Source of the DNA: an uncultured Chloroflexia bacterium
GTDB taxonomy: Bacteria; Chloroflexota; Limnocylindria; Limnocylindrales; CSP1-4
Length of the DNA: 64,000 bases
Direction: 5' to 3'
NCBI GenBank assembly: GCA_963712745.1
Contig: CAVQJC010000002.1
Coordinates: 128,001-192,000 of the forward strand
Every line of letters begins with the position of its first letter. Position 1 is the stretch's first letter. The notes under the pieces are model-generated. The model did no database searches. It saw nothing but the letters and a program-made list of their open reading frames with translations, and was not told where the DNA came from. Below, one piece after another: positions 1 to 9,645 of the stretch. Both the position numbers and the translations under genes were made by a program.

Positions 1-1
1 C

Positions 2-139
2 GGCACCGATACCAACCGCGTGACCCTCGTCGTGCCCGGGCGCGAGCCGGAGCCCTGGCCGCTGCTGACGAAGGCGCAGGTGGCCGACCGCCTGCTCGAC
101 CGTGTCGCAGCACTGCGGGCCGGAACGGGTGCAGAATGA
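2..139 (+). CDS. coaBC: C-terminal end of CoaBC (phosphopantothenoylcysteine decarboxylase/ligase), truncated by window edge
   Basis: Frame 2 reads GTDTNRVTLVVPGREPEPWPLLTKAQVADRLLDRV...*, resembling the CoaBC C-terminal 'DTNxVTL...PLxxKxxVAxxILD' motif; directly upstream of panBC. Confidence 0.8.
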   Translation, partial: GTDTNRVTLVVPGREPEPWPLLTKAQVADRLLDRVAALRAGTGAE

Positions 140-143
140 CGCC

Positions 144-1052
144 ATGAGCGCCAGCAAGCCAGCCCGCCGCATCACCATCGCCGACATCGCCCGCATGTAC
201 GAAGAGGGTGAGCGCTTCGCGACCATCACCGCGTACGACTTCCCCACCGCGCGCATCGTCGACGAAGCCGGTATCCCGCTCATCCTCGTGGGCGACTCGC
301 TGGGCATGGTCATGCTCGGCTACGACACCACCGTCCGCGTCAGCATCGACGAGATGCTCCACCACACCCGCGCGGTGGCGCGAGGCGCCAAGCGCGCCCT
401 CGTGGTCGGTGACATGCCCTTCCTCAGCTACGGCGTCAGCCAGGAGGTATCGGTCAAGCACGCCGGACGCTTCCTTTCGGAGGCCTACGCGCACGCAGTC
501 AAGATCGAGGGTGGCGTGCGCTCGGCCCGGACCATGGAAGCCATCGTCAGCAGCGGCATCCCCGTGATGGGCCACATCGGCCTGACGCCACAGGCGGTCA
601 ACCAGCTCGGCGGCTTCCGAGTCCAGGGGCGCTCGAAGGAGTCCGCGCGCAAGCTCATCGCCGACGCCCTGGCTGTACAGGAGGCGGGCGCCTTCGCGGT
701 CGTGCTCGAGCTCGTCCCCGCAGAGCTGTCGCGAGCCATAACCGAGCGCCTGTCCATCCCCACTATCGGTATCGGCGCCGGCCCTTACACCTCGGGTGAG
801 ATCCAGGTGGTGACAGACGTGATCGGCCTGACCCAGGGCTTCACGCCCAGGCACGCGCGCCGCTTCGGCGAGGTCGGCGAGGCGCTCTCGCAGGCGGTGA
901 GGGCCTATCGCGATGCTGTGCTCAGCGGCGAGTTTCCGGCCGAAGCCGAATCCAGCTCGATGGACGAGAGCGTGCTGGCCGAGGTCCTCGGGCGCAGCGA
1001 GCTGGACCAGGCCTCCTCGCGCACGTCCATCCCGCTCGATCACGACCTCTGA
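144..1052 (+). CDS. panB: 3-methyl-2-oxobutanoate hydroxymethyltransferase
   Basis: TAYD, LVGDSLGM, GDMPF, KIEGG, GHIGLTPQ, IGIGAG motifs. Confidence 0.97.
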   Translation: MSASKPARRITIADIARMYEEGERFATITAYDFPTARIVDEAGIPLILVGDSLGMVMLGYDTTVRVSIDEMLHHTRAVARGAKRALVVGDMPFLSYGVSQEVSVKHAGRFLSEAYAHAVKIEGGVRSARTMEAIVSSGIPVMGHIGLTPQAVNQLGGFRVQGRSKESARKLIADALAVQEAGAFAVVLELVPAELSRAITERLSIPTIGIGAGPYTSGEIQVVTDVIGLTQGFTPRHARRFGEVGEALSQAVRAYRDAVLSGEFPAEAESSSMDESVLAEVLGRSELDQASSRTSIPLDHDL

Positions 1053-1071
1053 GCCGACCCGCGTTCGGCCG

Positions 1072-1917
1072 ATGACGCGCGTCCTGCACACCCGCGCCGG
1101 ATTGCGCGGGGCCCTGGCACAGGTGCCGCGGCCGGTCGGCCTGGTGCCCACCATGGGCTGGCTGCACGAGGGTCACCGGGCGCTGATGCGCCGGGCACGA
1201 GAGGAGAACGCCACGACGGTGGCCACCATCTTCGTCAACCCGCGCCAGTTCAACCAGGCCTCCGATTTCACTCAGTACCCACGCGACACCAAGGCCGACC
1301 TGGCCATCTGCGAGGCGGAAGGCATCGACATCGTGTGGCTGCCCGATGTCGAGGAGGTCTACCCGCCGGGCTTCGACACTACCGTCAGCGTGGGTGCCGT
1401 AGCCCAGCCGCTGGAGGGTGCGGCCCGGCCCGGCCACTTCGAGGGCGTGGCTACGGTGGTGGCGCTGCTCTTCGGACTGGTGGGCGCCGAACACGCCTAC
1501 TTCGGCCAGAAGGATGCCCAGCAGGTCATGGTCATCACGCGCATGGCGACCGACCTGGCCCTGCCCACGCAGGTCATCCCCTGCCCCACCGTGCGCGAGC
1601 CCGATGGCCTCGCGCTGTCGTCTCGCAATGTCCACCTCAGCGCGCAGGAGCGCGCGGCGGCGCCCGTCCTGCAGCGTGCCCTGCGCGCCGCGCGAGAGGC
1701 CTACGACGGCGGTGAGCGCGATGGCGACGCCCTGCGGGCGCTGATGGAGGAGGTGCTGGCCATCGAGCCGCTGGCGCAAGTCGAATACGTCTCGGTGGCC
1801 GATGCCCTTACCTTGCGTGAGCTGCAACGGATCGAGGGCCCGGCGCTGTTCTCGATGGCCGTCGTGTTCGGGACCACGCGCCTGATCGACAACGAGCTCG
1901 TAGGAGTGAAGGAGTAG
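1072..1917 (+). CDS. panC: Pantoate--beta-alanine ligase
   Basis: VPTMGWLHEGH, FVNPRQF, RPGHFEGV, FGQKDAQQ, LALSSRN, RLIDN motifs. Confidence 0.97.
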   Translation: MTRVLHTRAGLRGALAQVPRPVGLVPTMGWLHEGHRALMRRAREENATTVATIFVNPRQFNQASDFTQYPRDTKADLAICEAEGIDIVWLPDVEEVYPPGFDTTVSVGAVAQPLEGAARPGHFEGVATVVALLFGLVGAEHAYFGQKDAQQVMVITRMATDLALPTQVIPCPTVREPDGLALSSRNVHLSAQERAAAPVLQRALRAAREAYDGGERDGDALRALMEEVLAIEPLAQVEYVSVADALTLRELQRIEGPALFSMAVVFGTTRLIDNELVGVKE

Positions 1918-1920
1918 ACC

Positions 1921-2881
1921 GTGCGCATCGCCGCCGCCAACAACCACTCGGCCTGGGGCCGGCCCGACGCGGGGGCCGAGCGTGTGGCCGAATGGATCGG
2001 CCGTGCCGGCGACGAGGGTGTGGACCTGCTCGCGTTCGGGGAGACGCATCTCGGCGGCTACCCGTTCTGGATCGGCGACACCGGAGGCGCCCGCTTCAAC
2101 GACCCCGACCAGAAACGCGCCTATGCCTACTACCTCGACGCGGCCGTGGAGCTGGAGGGCCCGCAGCTGCGCCTGGTCGCCGAGGCCACAGCAGAGCACC
2201 GCGTCTTCACCTACCTGGGCATCGCCGAGCGCCGGGCCGCCACCGCCCGCGGCTCGGTCTATGCCACGCTCGTGGCCATCGACCCGGACAAGGGCATCGT
2301 CTCCGCGCATCGCAAGGTGCAGCCGACCTACGAGGAGCGCCTGGCCTGGGCGCCCGGCGACGGCAACGGGTTGCGCGTGCACACCTTCACCGGGCGCGAG
2401 GGCGAGACGGCACGGGTGGGCGGGCTCAACTGCTGGGAGAACTGGCTGCCCCAGGCGCGCCTGGCGATGTACGCGGGCGGAGAGGACATCCATGTCAGCG
2501 CCTGGCCGGGTGCCGTGCGCCTGACAGCTGACATCACCCGCTTCATCGCCCGCGAGGGACGTGTCTTCTCGCTCGCTGCGGGCACGATCGATCTCGAGCA
2601 CGGACATCCCCGCCGACTTCCCGCTCAGCGACCGTATCGAGGCGGGTGACTGGACCGATGGCGGCGGCGCCATCGCCGGCCCGGATGGCGCATGGCTGCA
2701 GGAGCCGGCCACAGAGGAGGGGCTGGTCATCGCCGACATCGACCTCGCCCGGGTGCGCGAGGAGCGCCACAACTTCGACCCCACGGGGCACTACTCGCGC
2801 TCGGACATCTTCCAGCTCAAGGTCGACCGGCGCCGTCTGTCAGTGGCCGAGCTCAGCGAGGATCTTCCGAGCCTCGACTGA
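1921..2881 (+). CDS. Nitrilase (carbon-nitrogen hydrolase, CWEN type); apparent 1-nt frameshift at ~2590, probably a sequencing error
   Basis: FGE..GGYP, HRKVQPTYEER, CWENWLP in ORF 1921..2649; C-terminal GGGAIAGPDG and FDPTGHYSRSDIF continue in ORF 2561..2881. Confidence 0.88.
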
Positions 2882-4172
2882 CCCCGGCCAGGCGGGAGGC
2901 GCGTTCGGCGATACGCAGAAAGCCGCGACGCATGAGCGCCCGGCCTCTGGCCGTTCCATCAGGGTCGACGTCGTGGATGTCGACCGGCACAGACAGCGGC
3001 CGTCTGGAGACATCGAGGCGCTCCAGCAGCGCGTCGACGTCGAAGTGCTCGGCCACCACCTGCTTGATGACCTCGATCTTGGTGCGGTCCTGGACATGCG
3101 TCTTGATGAGCAGGCCGTGGATCTGCTTGGCCATGGGGTAGATCTCGTCGGGCACGAGCAGCGCGAAGATACCGGCCTTGCGCAAGGCCTCGATGTCCCG
3201 GTCGCTCGGCCGCCGGTCGTTGGTGAAGACCATGCCCGCCAGCAGCAAGGCCGCGGGATCGTCGGGGACACGCCCGAAGCGCGACCGATTGCGCAGCCGG
3301 TCGAGCAGCCCCGGTTCCTGGTTGAGCTGCCGCTGCGTCTCGTTGGCGGCGATGGTGGCGTGGATGATGTCCTGGCGGTCACCCTGCACGATGAGCAGCG
3401 AACCGGGCCCGATCTTCTCCAGCACGTGACGGGCCTGGCCGGAGCCGATGGCCACGTGCTCGATGAGCCGGTCCATGTCCTCACCCGATGAGAGGAGCTC
3501 GCCGCTCAGCTGCTCGAGCAGCATCGAGAGGGTGGGATGAGCCAGCACCGGACGGTAGGGCAGCACGCCCAAGAGCTCGATGCCGTGGAGGGCGAGGCCC
3601 TTGGCCAGCGTCTCGGGCAGCGATGGGTCGGAATCCACGTCGACCTTGTTGATGACTGCGCCCACGAGCGGCACGCCGCGGCGGGCAAAGAGCGCCTGGT
3701 TGAGCACGATCTCGTCGATGGGCCGGCCGATGCCACCCTCGCTGATGATCACCGCCGGAGCGCCCATGCGCGCGGCCACGTCGGCATTGGAGAGACCGAC
3801 CACGGCACCGACACCAGCATGCCCGGTGCCCTCGATGAGGAGCACGTCGCGCCCTTGGACGAGGTGCCCGTGCGCGACGTCGATCCTGACCGCCAGGTCC
3901 TCCACCACCTCGCCGCGGATGAACCTCTTGGTGAAGCCGCGCGGGATGTGCACCGGGCTCATGTCCTCGAGCGGGTCGTCGAGGCCGAAGAGCTCCTGCA
4001 TCAGGATCGCGTCCTCGTCGGCAGGGATGTCGCCGACCATGGCGTAGCGCTGACCGACGGGCTTGGTGAAGGCGGTCGAGATGCCCCTATCGATGAGCGA
4101 GGCGAGCAGGCCCAGGGCGAACGTCGTCTTGCCGTGATTGCGGCCGGTGGCCGCGAGATAGACCTGGCGCAT
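2853..4172 (-). CDS. Phosphotransacetylase-family protein (BioD-like N-terminal P-loop plus DRTGG-like domain)
   Basis: ATGRNHGKTT, KPVGQ, LIEGTGHAGVG, GIGRPIDE, GDRQDII. Confidence 0.8.
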   Translation of the reverse strand: MRQVYLAATGRNHGKTTFALGLLASLIDRGISTAFTKPVGQRYAMVGDIPADEDAILMQELFGLDDPLEDMSPVHIPRGFTKRFIRGEVVEDLAVRIDVAHGHLVQGRDVLLIEGTGHAGVGAVVGLSNADVAARMGAPAVIISEGGIGRPIDEIVLNQALFARRGVPLVGAVINKVDVDSDPSLPETLAKGLALHGIELLGVLPYRPVLAHPTLSMLLEQLSGELLSSGEDMDRLIEHVAIGSGQARHVLEKIGPGSLLIVQGDRQDIIHATIAANETQRQLNQEPGLLDRLRNRSRFGRVPDDPAALLLAGMVFTNDRRPSDRDIEALRKAGIFALLVPDEIYPMAKQIHGLLIKTHVQDRTKIEVIKQVVAEHFDVDALLERLDVSRRPLSVPVDIHDVDPDGTARGRALMRRGFLRIAERASRLAGVSRGSEDPR

Positions 4173-4211
4173 GGCTCCAAGGGTACGCGCCGGACCCGGT
4201 AGCATCAGGGA

Positions 4212-4817
4212 GTGAATACCGTCGTCTTCGATCTGGGCGGGGTCCTCGTGGACTGGGACCCGCGCTACCTGCTGCGGAAGGTCATGCCCGGCCGAGAGGC
4301 CGAGATGGAGACCCTCATCGCCGATGTCCTCAACCATGGATGGAACCTCGAGCGCGACACCGGCGACTCGTGGGCCGACGCCATCGCCCGCGCCAAGGTG
4401 GAGCACCCGCAGTGGGCGGACATCTTCGACGTCTACACCGCGCGCTGGGCCGAGACGCTCGGTGGGTCGCACGAGGACAGTGTGGCCATCCTGCACGAGC
4501 TCAAGGACCGCGGTATACCGTTGTATGCGCTAAGCAACTGGTCAGCTGAGATGTTCCCCCACGCGGAGGCCAGGTACGACTGGCTGGGCCTGTTCGACGG
4601 CATCGTGGTCTCCGGCCGCATCGGCCTCATCAAGCCCGAGCGGCCCATCTTCGACTACCTGCTGGAAACCTACGGGCTCGCGGCGGGGGACATCCTCTTC
4701 ATCGACGACCATGAGCCGAACATCGTGGCAGCTCGTTCGTACGGCATCCACAGCCACCATTTCGAGGGAGCCGCCGACCTACGCGCGGAGCTCGTGAGCG
4801 AGGGCTTCCTGGGCTAG
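4212..4817 (+). CDS. HAD-superfamily hydrolase
   Basis: FDLGGVLVDW, LSNW, KP..IF, FIDD motifs. Confidence 0.92.
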   Translation: MNTVVFDLGGVLVDWDPRYLLRKVMPGREAEMETLIADVLNHGWNLERDTGDSWADAIARAKVEHPQWADIFDVYTARWAETLGGSHEDSVAILHELKDRGIPLYALSNWSAEMFPHAEARYDWLGLFDGIVVSGRIGLIKPERPIFDYLLETYGLAAGDILFIDDHEPNIVAARSYGIHSHHFEGAADLRAELVSEGFLG

Positions 4818-4949
4818 CGACACACCAGCCAGACCGAAGTTGTGTGGTCCGTTGGTGTCACTAGGGGTTTCGACATAGCACCAGGCCACTTACCCTTTCC
4901 CATGCAGTCCGAGACCCTCCATCGGACCGAACCACAGGGAGAGGTGCGC

Positions 4950-5678
4950 ATGCACAAGTTCCGTCAGGCCGTCCTCGTCGCCTCCGCGACGGCACTCGTA
5001 CTGACCGCCTTTGCCGCCCCCGCCGCGGCCGGCCCGGGCAAGGCCACCATCGGCATCGTCAACGGCATCCCCAACACCCGCGTGGACATCTGCGTCAACG
5101 GCAAGGAGCTGCGCAGCGCGGCCAAGTACGGCCAGGCCGTGGCCAAGGTCGTGCAGGCCGGGTCGAAGATCGGTCAAGATCTTCCAGAAGGACCCGCGGA
5201 TCTGCCGGGGCGAGGTCTCGCCAAGAAGACCATGAACCTGCCCGCAGGCTCGGACTTCACGCTCGTCTTCACCAAGAAGGCCCCCAAGTGGGTCAAGTTC
5301 AACAACGCCGGGCTCGGCCAGATCTGGCCCAACGGCGTGGCCGCTACGACAGCGCACATGGCCTGGCGCCACGCCGCCGACCTCGGCACGGTCTCGGCTC
5401 GCTACAGCTTCGGTCTTCCCGCCCCGGCGCCGTCCGCGGTTGAGCAGCCCTGGACCAAGGGACAGCAGATCCCGCTCGCATCGGTCCCGCCTTGGGCCCC
5501 GGGCGGCGCGTCGTATGCGCTCAGTTTCGCCCGCCTCGACAAGCCTGGCGATCTCGCTCGATCCAAGCCGGTCTACGCGAAGGCCGGCGTTCGCTACGAG
5601 TTCTACCTGCTCGGCACGTGGGCCGGCAACGCCAAGGTCATCATCTGGAAGCGGCAGGTCACCGCACCAAGCCTGTAG
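4950..5678 (+). CDS. Secreted basic protein (DUF4397-like), paralog 1; two compensating indels at ~5172 and ~5217
   Basis: Signal peptide ending ..APAAA; IVNGIP..VDICVNG motif; alternative frame VKIFQKDPRICRGE restores the Cys-containing segment seen in paralog 2. Confidence 0.7.
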   Translation: MHKFRQAVLVASATALVLTAFAAPAAAGPGKATIGIVNGIPNTRVDICVNGKELRSAAKYGQAVAKVVQAGSKIGQDLPEGPADLPGRGLAKKTMNLPAGSDFTLVFTKKAPKWVKFNNAGLGQIWPNGVAATTAHMAWRHAADLGTVSARYSFGLPAPAPSAVEQPWTKGQQIPLASVPPWAPGGASYALSFARLDKPGDLARSKPVYAKAGVRYEFYLLGTWAGNAKVIIWKRQVTAPSL

Positions 5679-5700
5679 CCATCCCTACCTCGACGTCGCT

Positions 5701-5733
5701 GGAGGGGCCGGCCCACATCGGGTCGGCCCCTCC
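5701..5733 (+). terminator. GC-rich hairpin after paralog 1
   Basis: GGAGGGGCCGGCCC-acatc-GGGTCGGCCCCTCC inverted repeat. Confidence 0.6.
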
Positions 5734-5863
5734 TCCTGTGTTCGGCAGCACGGGCGACCCCGGCGATACCGATCGAGCGGTCAAGTCCGCTTGCGGGCAG
5801 GCCTATCCTGACCAGTAGGGACCGGGGGAGTCCCTCGGTCCGTGTGCGAAGGGGGTAGGACAC

Positions 5864-6619
5864 ATGCACGCGTTCCGCAAGGTCGTCATCGCCGCATCGG
5901 TGACCGCGCTCGTACTCGCCGGTCTCGCGGCCCCGGTCAGCGCCGGCCCGGGCAAGGCCACCATCGGCATCGTCAACGGCATCCCCAACCAGAAGGTCGA
6001 CATCTGCGTCAACGGCAAGGAGCTGCGCAGCGCGGCCAAGTACGGCCAGGCCGTGGCCAAGGTCGTGCAGGCCGGGTCCACCAAGGTCCAGATCCGCAAG
6101 GCCAGCCCGGGCGTCTGCCAGGGCGCCAGGATCGCCCAGAAGCGGCTCAGCCTGGCGGTCGCGGCGGACGTGACGCTCGTCATCACCAAGAGGGCCCCCA
6201 AGTGGGCCAAGTTCATGAACATCAAGGTGAGCGGGAGCCCGGTCTACTGGCTCGGCGGTATCTGGCCCAAGGGACCGGCCGAGACAACCTATTACCACAT
6301 GGCCTGGCGCCATGCCGCCGACCTGGGTACGGTCGAGGGCCGCTACGGCTTCGCTGCCATCATCCCGATCGGACCGGTGGCGGTAGTCCCTTGGACCAAG
6401 GGCGACCAGGTCCCCCTTGCCTGGGCGGAGCCGCCTGCGCCGGGCTTGCTGATGAGCCTGGGCTTCGGTCGGATCGGAAAGGTCAACGACCTGGCGCGGT
6501 CGAAGTGGTTCGCTCCCAAGGCAGGCTATCGCTACGAGCTCTATCTGCTGGGCACGACCATCGGGAACGTCAAGGTCGTCATCTGGAGGCGACCCATCAC
6601 GCAGTACGTGAGCCCGTAG
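5864..6619 (+). CDS. Secreted basic protein (DUF4397-like), paralog 2
   Basis: Signal peptide ..APVSA; near-identical N-terminus to 4950..5678; shared HMAWRHAADLGTV and RYExYLLGT motifs. Confidence 0.8.
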   Translation: MHAFRKVVIAASVTALVLAGLAAPVSAGPGKATIGIVNGIPNQKVDICVNGKELRSAAKYGQAVAKVVQAGSTKVQIRKASPGVCQGARIAQKRLSLAVAADVTLVITKRAPKWAKFMNIKVSGSPVYWLGGIWPKGPAETTYYHMAWRHAADLGTVEGRYGFAAIIPIGPVAVVPWTKGDQVPLAWAEPPAPGLLMSLGFGRIGKVNDLARSKWFAPKAGYRYELYLLGTTIGNVKVVIWRRPITQYVSP

Positions 6620-6643
6620 ACGCCTGACCACCGCCACCACGGC

Positions 6644-6672
6644 AGGGGCCGGTCCACCGAAGGCCGGCCCTT
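6644..6672. terminator. Hairpin between convergent genes
   Basis: AGGGGCCGGTC...GGCCGGCCCTT inverted repeat, related to the 5701 hairpin. Confidence 0.5.
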
Positions 6673-6680
6673 CACACTGG

Positions 6681-7307
6681 TCAGCGTCCGCCGCGCCCTC
6701 GCGACGCAAGGGAGCGCTCGATACGGTCGAGGCCCTCGCGCAGCCGAACCAGCGTCTCGTCATCGACCGTGTCCTCGTTGGTGTAGGGCCCAAGCTGCTC
6801 GAGGATGTCGGCGATGAGCCCGTAGAAGACATGGGCGTCGGCCAGGAAGAACTGCGGTTCGTTGTTGTAGCGAACGAGCGTCAGCCGGCCCTGCAGCACG
6901 CGCCGTTCGTCGACGTTGGCGATCTGGGTCGAGAAGTCGTGGCCCTGGATGCCGTCGGGGTTGTTGAGGAAGTTGAGCGCGTTGTCGATGGCCAGGCCGA
7001 AGCGCGCCCGCCAGGCACGCAGTCGTTCCAGCGCCTCGGCCGCGATGGGCACCTCCGCCACCTGGTCGAAGACCTCCGGGCTGACGGTCAGCAGGCCGAC
7101 CAGCGTGGTGCCCGGCCGAGCACCCAGCATCACCTGCAGCGAGCGCTCCAGGGTGAAGACCTCCGAGTCGAAGCGGGGGCTGGTGATGACGTCGGTGAGC
7201 AGGTCTTCGACGTTGTCGAGCGCACCGGCTTCGGCCAATGCCTCCGCCAGCTGCAGCACCTCCTCCTTGAAGAGGAACTGCTCCTCGTGATCGAGCCGGT
7301 CGACCAT
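6681..7307 (-). CDS. Hypothetical protein, probably co-transcribed with the glutamate dehydrogenase gene
   Basis: 208-aa ORF with typical GC3 codon usage and AGGGAG RBS 16 bp after the upstream stop; no family recognised. Confidence 0.75.
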   Translation of the reverse strand: MVDRLDHEEQFLFKEEVLQLAEALAEAGALDNVEDLLTDVITSPRFDSEVFTLERSLQVMLGARPGTTLVGLLTVSPEVFDQVAEVPIAAEALERLRAWRARFGLAIDNALNFLNNPDGIQGHDFSTQIANVDERRVLQGRLTLVRYNNEPQFFLADAHVFYGLIADILEQLGPYTNEDTVDDETLVRLREGLDRIERSLASRGRGGR

Positions 7308-7323
7308 GGCCTGTCTCCCTTGC

Positions 7324-8607
7324 CTACGGATAGAGGCCGCGCAACGCGGTCGCGGTGGCCACGCGGTCGACCGCCAGCAGGTAGGCGGCGGTGCGCATGT
7401 CGCACTCCTCGCGCTCGGCCATGGCCACCACCTCGCCGAAGGAGCGCACCATGATGGCGGTCAGCTTGCTGTTGACGACCTCCTCCGACCATTGGTCGCG
7501 GTTGAGGTCCTGGACCCACTCGAAGTAGGAGACCGTCACACCGCCGGCATTGCAGAGGATGTCGGGGATGAGGAAGACGCCCTTGCGGTAGAGGACCTCG
7601 TCGGCGTCGGGGGTGGTGGGCCCGTTGGCGGCCTCCGCCACGATCCGCGCGTTGATGCGCTCGGCATTGTCGGCGGTGATCTGGTTCTCGAGGGCGGCCG
7701 GGATCAGCACGTCGAGCTCGAGCTCGAGCAAGGCCGGGTTGCTGATGTTCTCCGAGCCGGGGAAGCCGACGACGGTGCCATGCTCCGCCTTCCAGGCCTT
7801 GACCGCCTTGATGTCGAGTCCCTCGGCCCGGTGGATGCCGCCCTGACTATCCGAGACGGCCACGACGTTGGCGCCCATCGAATCGAGCAACGTCGCCGCC
7901 ACCGAACCGGCGTTGCCGAAGCCCTGGATGGCGATACTGGCGCCGATGATATCGAGGCCCACGTGGCGGGCGGCCTCGGAGATGGTGACGACACAGCCAC
8001 GGCCGGTGGCCTCGGCGCGCCCCTCAGACCCGCCGAGAGCGATGGGTTTGCCGGTGACGACCCCGGGCACGGTGTAGCCCACGTGCATGGAGTAGGTGTC
8101 CATGATCCAGGCCATGATCTGGGGGTTGGTGTTGACGTCCGGCGCGGGGATGTCGCTCTGGGGGCCGATGATGACGCTGATGTTGGTGGCGTACCGACGC
8201 GTCAGGCCCTCCAGCTCGCGCTGGCTGAGCTGCTTGGGGTCGACCGCCACGCCGCCCTTGCCACCCCCGTAGGGGATGCCCACCACGGCACACTTCCAGG
8301 TCATCCACATGGCCAGCGCACGGACCTCGTTGAGGGTCACGTCCTGGTGGTAGCGCAGGCCGCCCTTGGACGGTCCGCGGCCCAGGTTGTGCTGCACGCG
8401 GTAGCCACTGAAGACCTGGACGCTGCCGTCGTCCATGCGCACCGGGACCGAGACGATGAGCTCGCGCTCGGCCTCGCGCAGGACGGCCCGCAGCCGCGGA
8501 TCGAGGTCCAGCCGGTCAGCCGCGATATCGAACTGGCGCTGGGCCACGGCCCAGGCATCGAGCACAGGCATGACCTCAGGAGCGGTCATCGGGACTTCCA
8601 CCTCCAT
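7324..8607 (-). CDS. gdhA: Glu/Leu/Phe/Val dehydrogenase (glutamate dehydrogenase); start may be 8589
   Basis: GPSKGGLRYH, MTWKCAV, GGGKGG, DIPAPDVNT, QGFGNAG, EAANGP, NAGGVTVSYFEW. Confidence 0.95.
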   Translation of the reverse strand: MEVEVPMTAPEVMPVLDAWAVAQRQFDIAADRLDLDPRLRAVLREAERELIVSVPVRMDDGSVQVFSGYRVQHNLGRGPSKGGLRYHQDVTLNEVRALAMWMTWKCAVVGIPYGGGKGGVAVDPKQLSQRELEGLTRRYATNISVIIGPQSDIPAPDVNTNPQIMAWIMDTYSMHVGYTVPGVVTGKPIALGGSEGRAEATGRGCVVTISEAARHVGLDIIGASIAIQGFGNAGSVAATLLDSMGANVVAVSDSQGGIHRAEGLDIKAVKAWKAEHGTVVGFPGSENISNPALLELELDVLIPAALENQITADNAERINARIVAEAANGPTTPDADEVLYRKGVFLIPDILCNAGGVTVSYFEWVQDLNRDQWSEEVVNSKLTAIMVRSFGEVVAMAEREECDMRTAAYLLAVDRVATATALRGLYP

Positions 8608-8711
8608 GCACGAGCGCCGGACCCCTGTGAGGCCGGGGCGGGCTGGCTCGCTTTCGAGCAGGGCTAGCGTACATCCGGGATTCGCGTGGCCGAAGGGCCA
8701 TTCGGCCGAGT

Positions 8712-9557
8712 TCAGGCAGTAAGGATGCGCGTGATGCCCTTCATCCCAGGCCCGACATGGGCACCGGCGACCGGGCCGGTGAGGCTGATATCGACGAGGT
8801 CGGGTGAGACACCGCAGGCCTCAGCCACCCGATCGCGGAACGCTTCGATATCGGGCACGCCCGTGTGCAGGACGCCCACCTGCTCCACTTCATGCTCGGC
8901 CGCCAGCTCGAGCATCCGGGCCTCCGCCTTGGCCGAGGTCCGCTTCTTGTCGAGCGTGGCCACGGCGCCGTCTTCGACCCACAGGATGGGCTTGATCGAG
9001 AGGACCGTGCCCAGCAGGGCCGAAGCGCGGCCGATACGTCCGCCCTTCTGCAGGTACTCGAGCGTCTCGGGTGCGAACATCAGCCGCGAGCGGCCGACGA
9101 GATCCTGTACCAGGTCGGCCACGTCGGAGAGGCCCGCACCGGTCGCGGCCAGCTCGGCCGCATGCTCGACGATGAGGCCCTGGCCCTGGGCCGCGGTACG
9201 CGAGTCGATGACCTCGACCAGCCCCGGCTCGAAGGCCTCGGCGCCCTTGACGGCAGCGGAGTACGTAGCCGACAGCTCCGCGCTGATGGTGACGCAGACG
9301 ACGCCGTCGGCGCCCTGGTCGAAGGCATCCCGGTAGGCCGCTTCGAACTGCCCGGGGTTGGGCGCAGCCGTGCGCGGGAAGGGCGCGCCCGGCGCGGTCA
9401 GCTTTTCGTAGAACTCCTGGTTGGTGAGCTCGGTCACGGCGTCGTAGGACTGATCGCCGAAGCTGACCTTCAGGGGCACCAGACGAACGCCGGCGGCCTG
9501 GGCTTGCTCGGGCGTGAGGTCCGACGAGGTGCAGGAGACGATCGCGATGTTGGCCAT
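8712..9557 (-). CDS. DegV family fatty-acid-binding protein
   Basis: IVSCTSSDL, TAAPNPGQF, ISAELSATY, IDS, LQKGGRIG, AHVGPG. Confidence 0.93.
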   Translation of the reverse strand: MANIAIVSCTSSDLTPEQAQAAGVRLVPLKVSFGDQSYDAVTELTNQEFYEKLTAPGAPFPRTAAPNPGQFEAAYRDAFDQGADGVVCVTISAELSATYSAAVKGAEAFEPGLVEVIDSRTAAQGQGLIVEHAAELAATGAGLSDVADLVQDLVGRSRLMFAPETLEYLQKGGRIGRASALLGTVLSIKPILWVEDGAVATLDKKRTSAKAEARMLELAAEHEVEQVGVLHTGVPDIEAFRDRVAEACGVSPDLVDISLTGPVAGAHVGPGMKGITRILTA

Positions 9558-9645
9558 GGCCCATCGTAGTCCGAAGGCGCAAGCGCGCTGGGCGAGTTCA
9601 CGCACGCCGTCGTCTTCGGCGGCGAGGGCGGGTACGATGCGCGCG

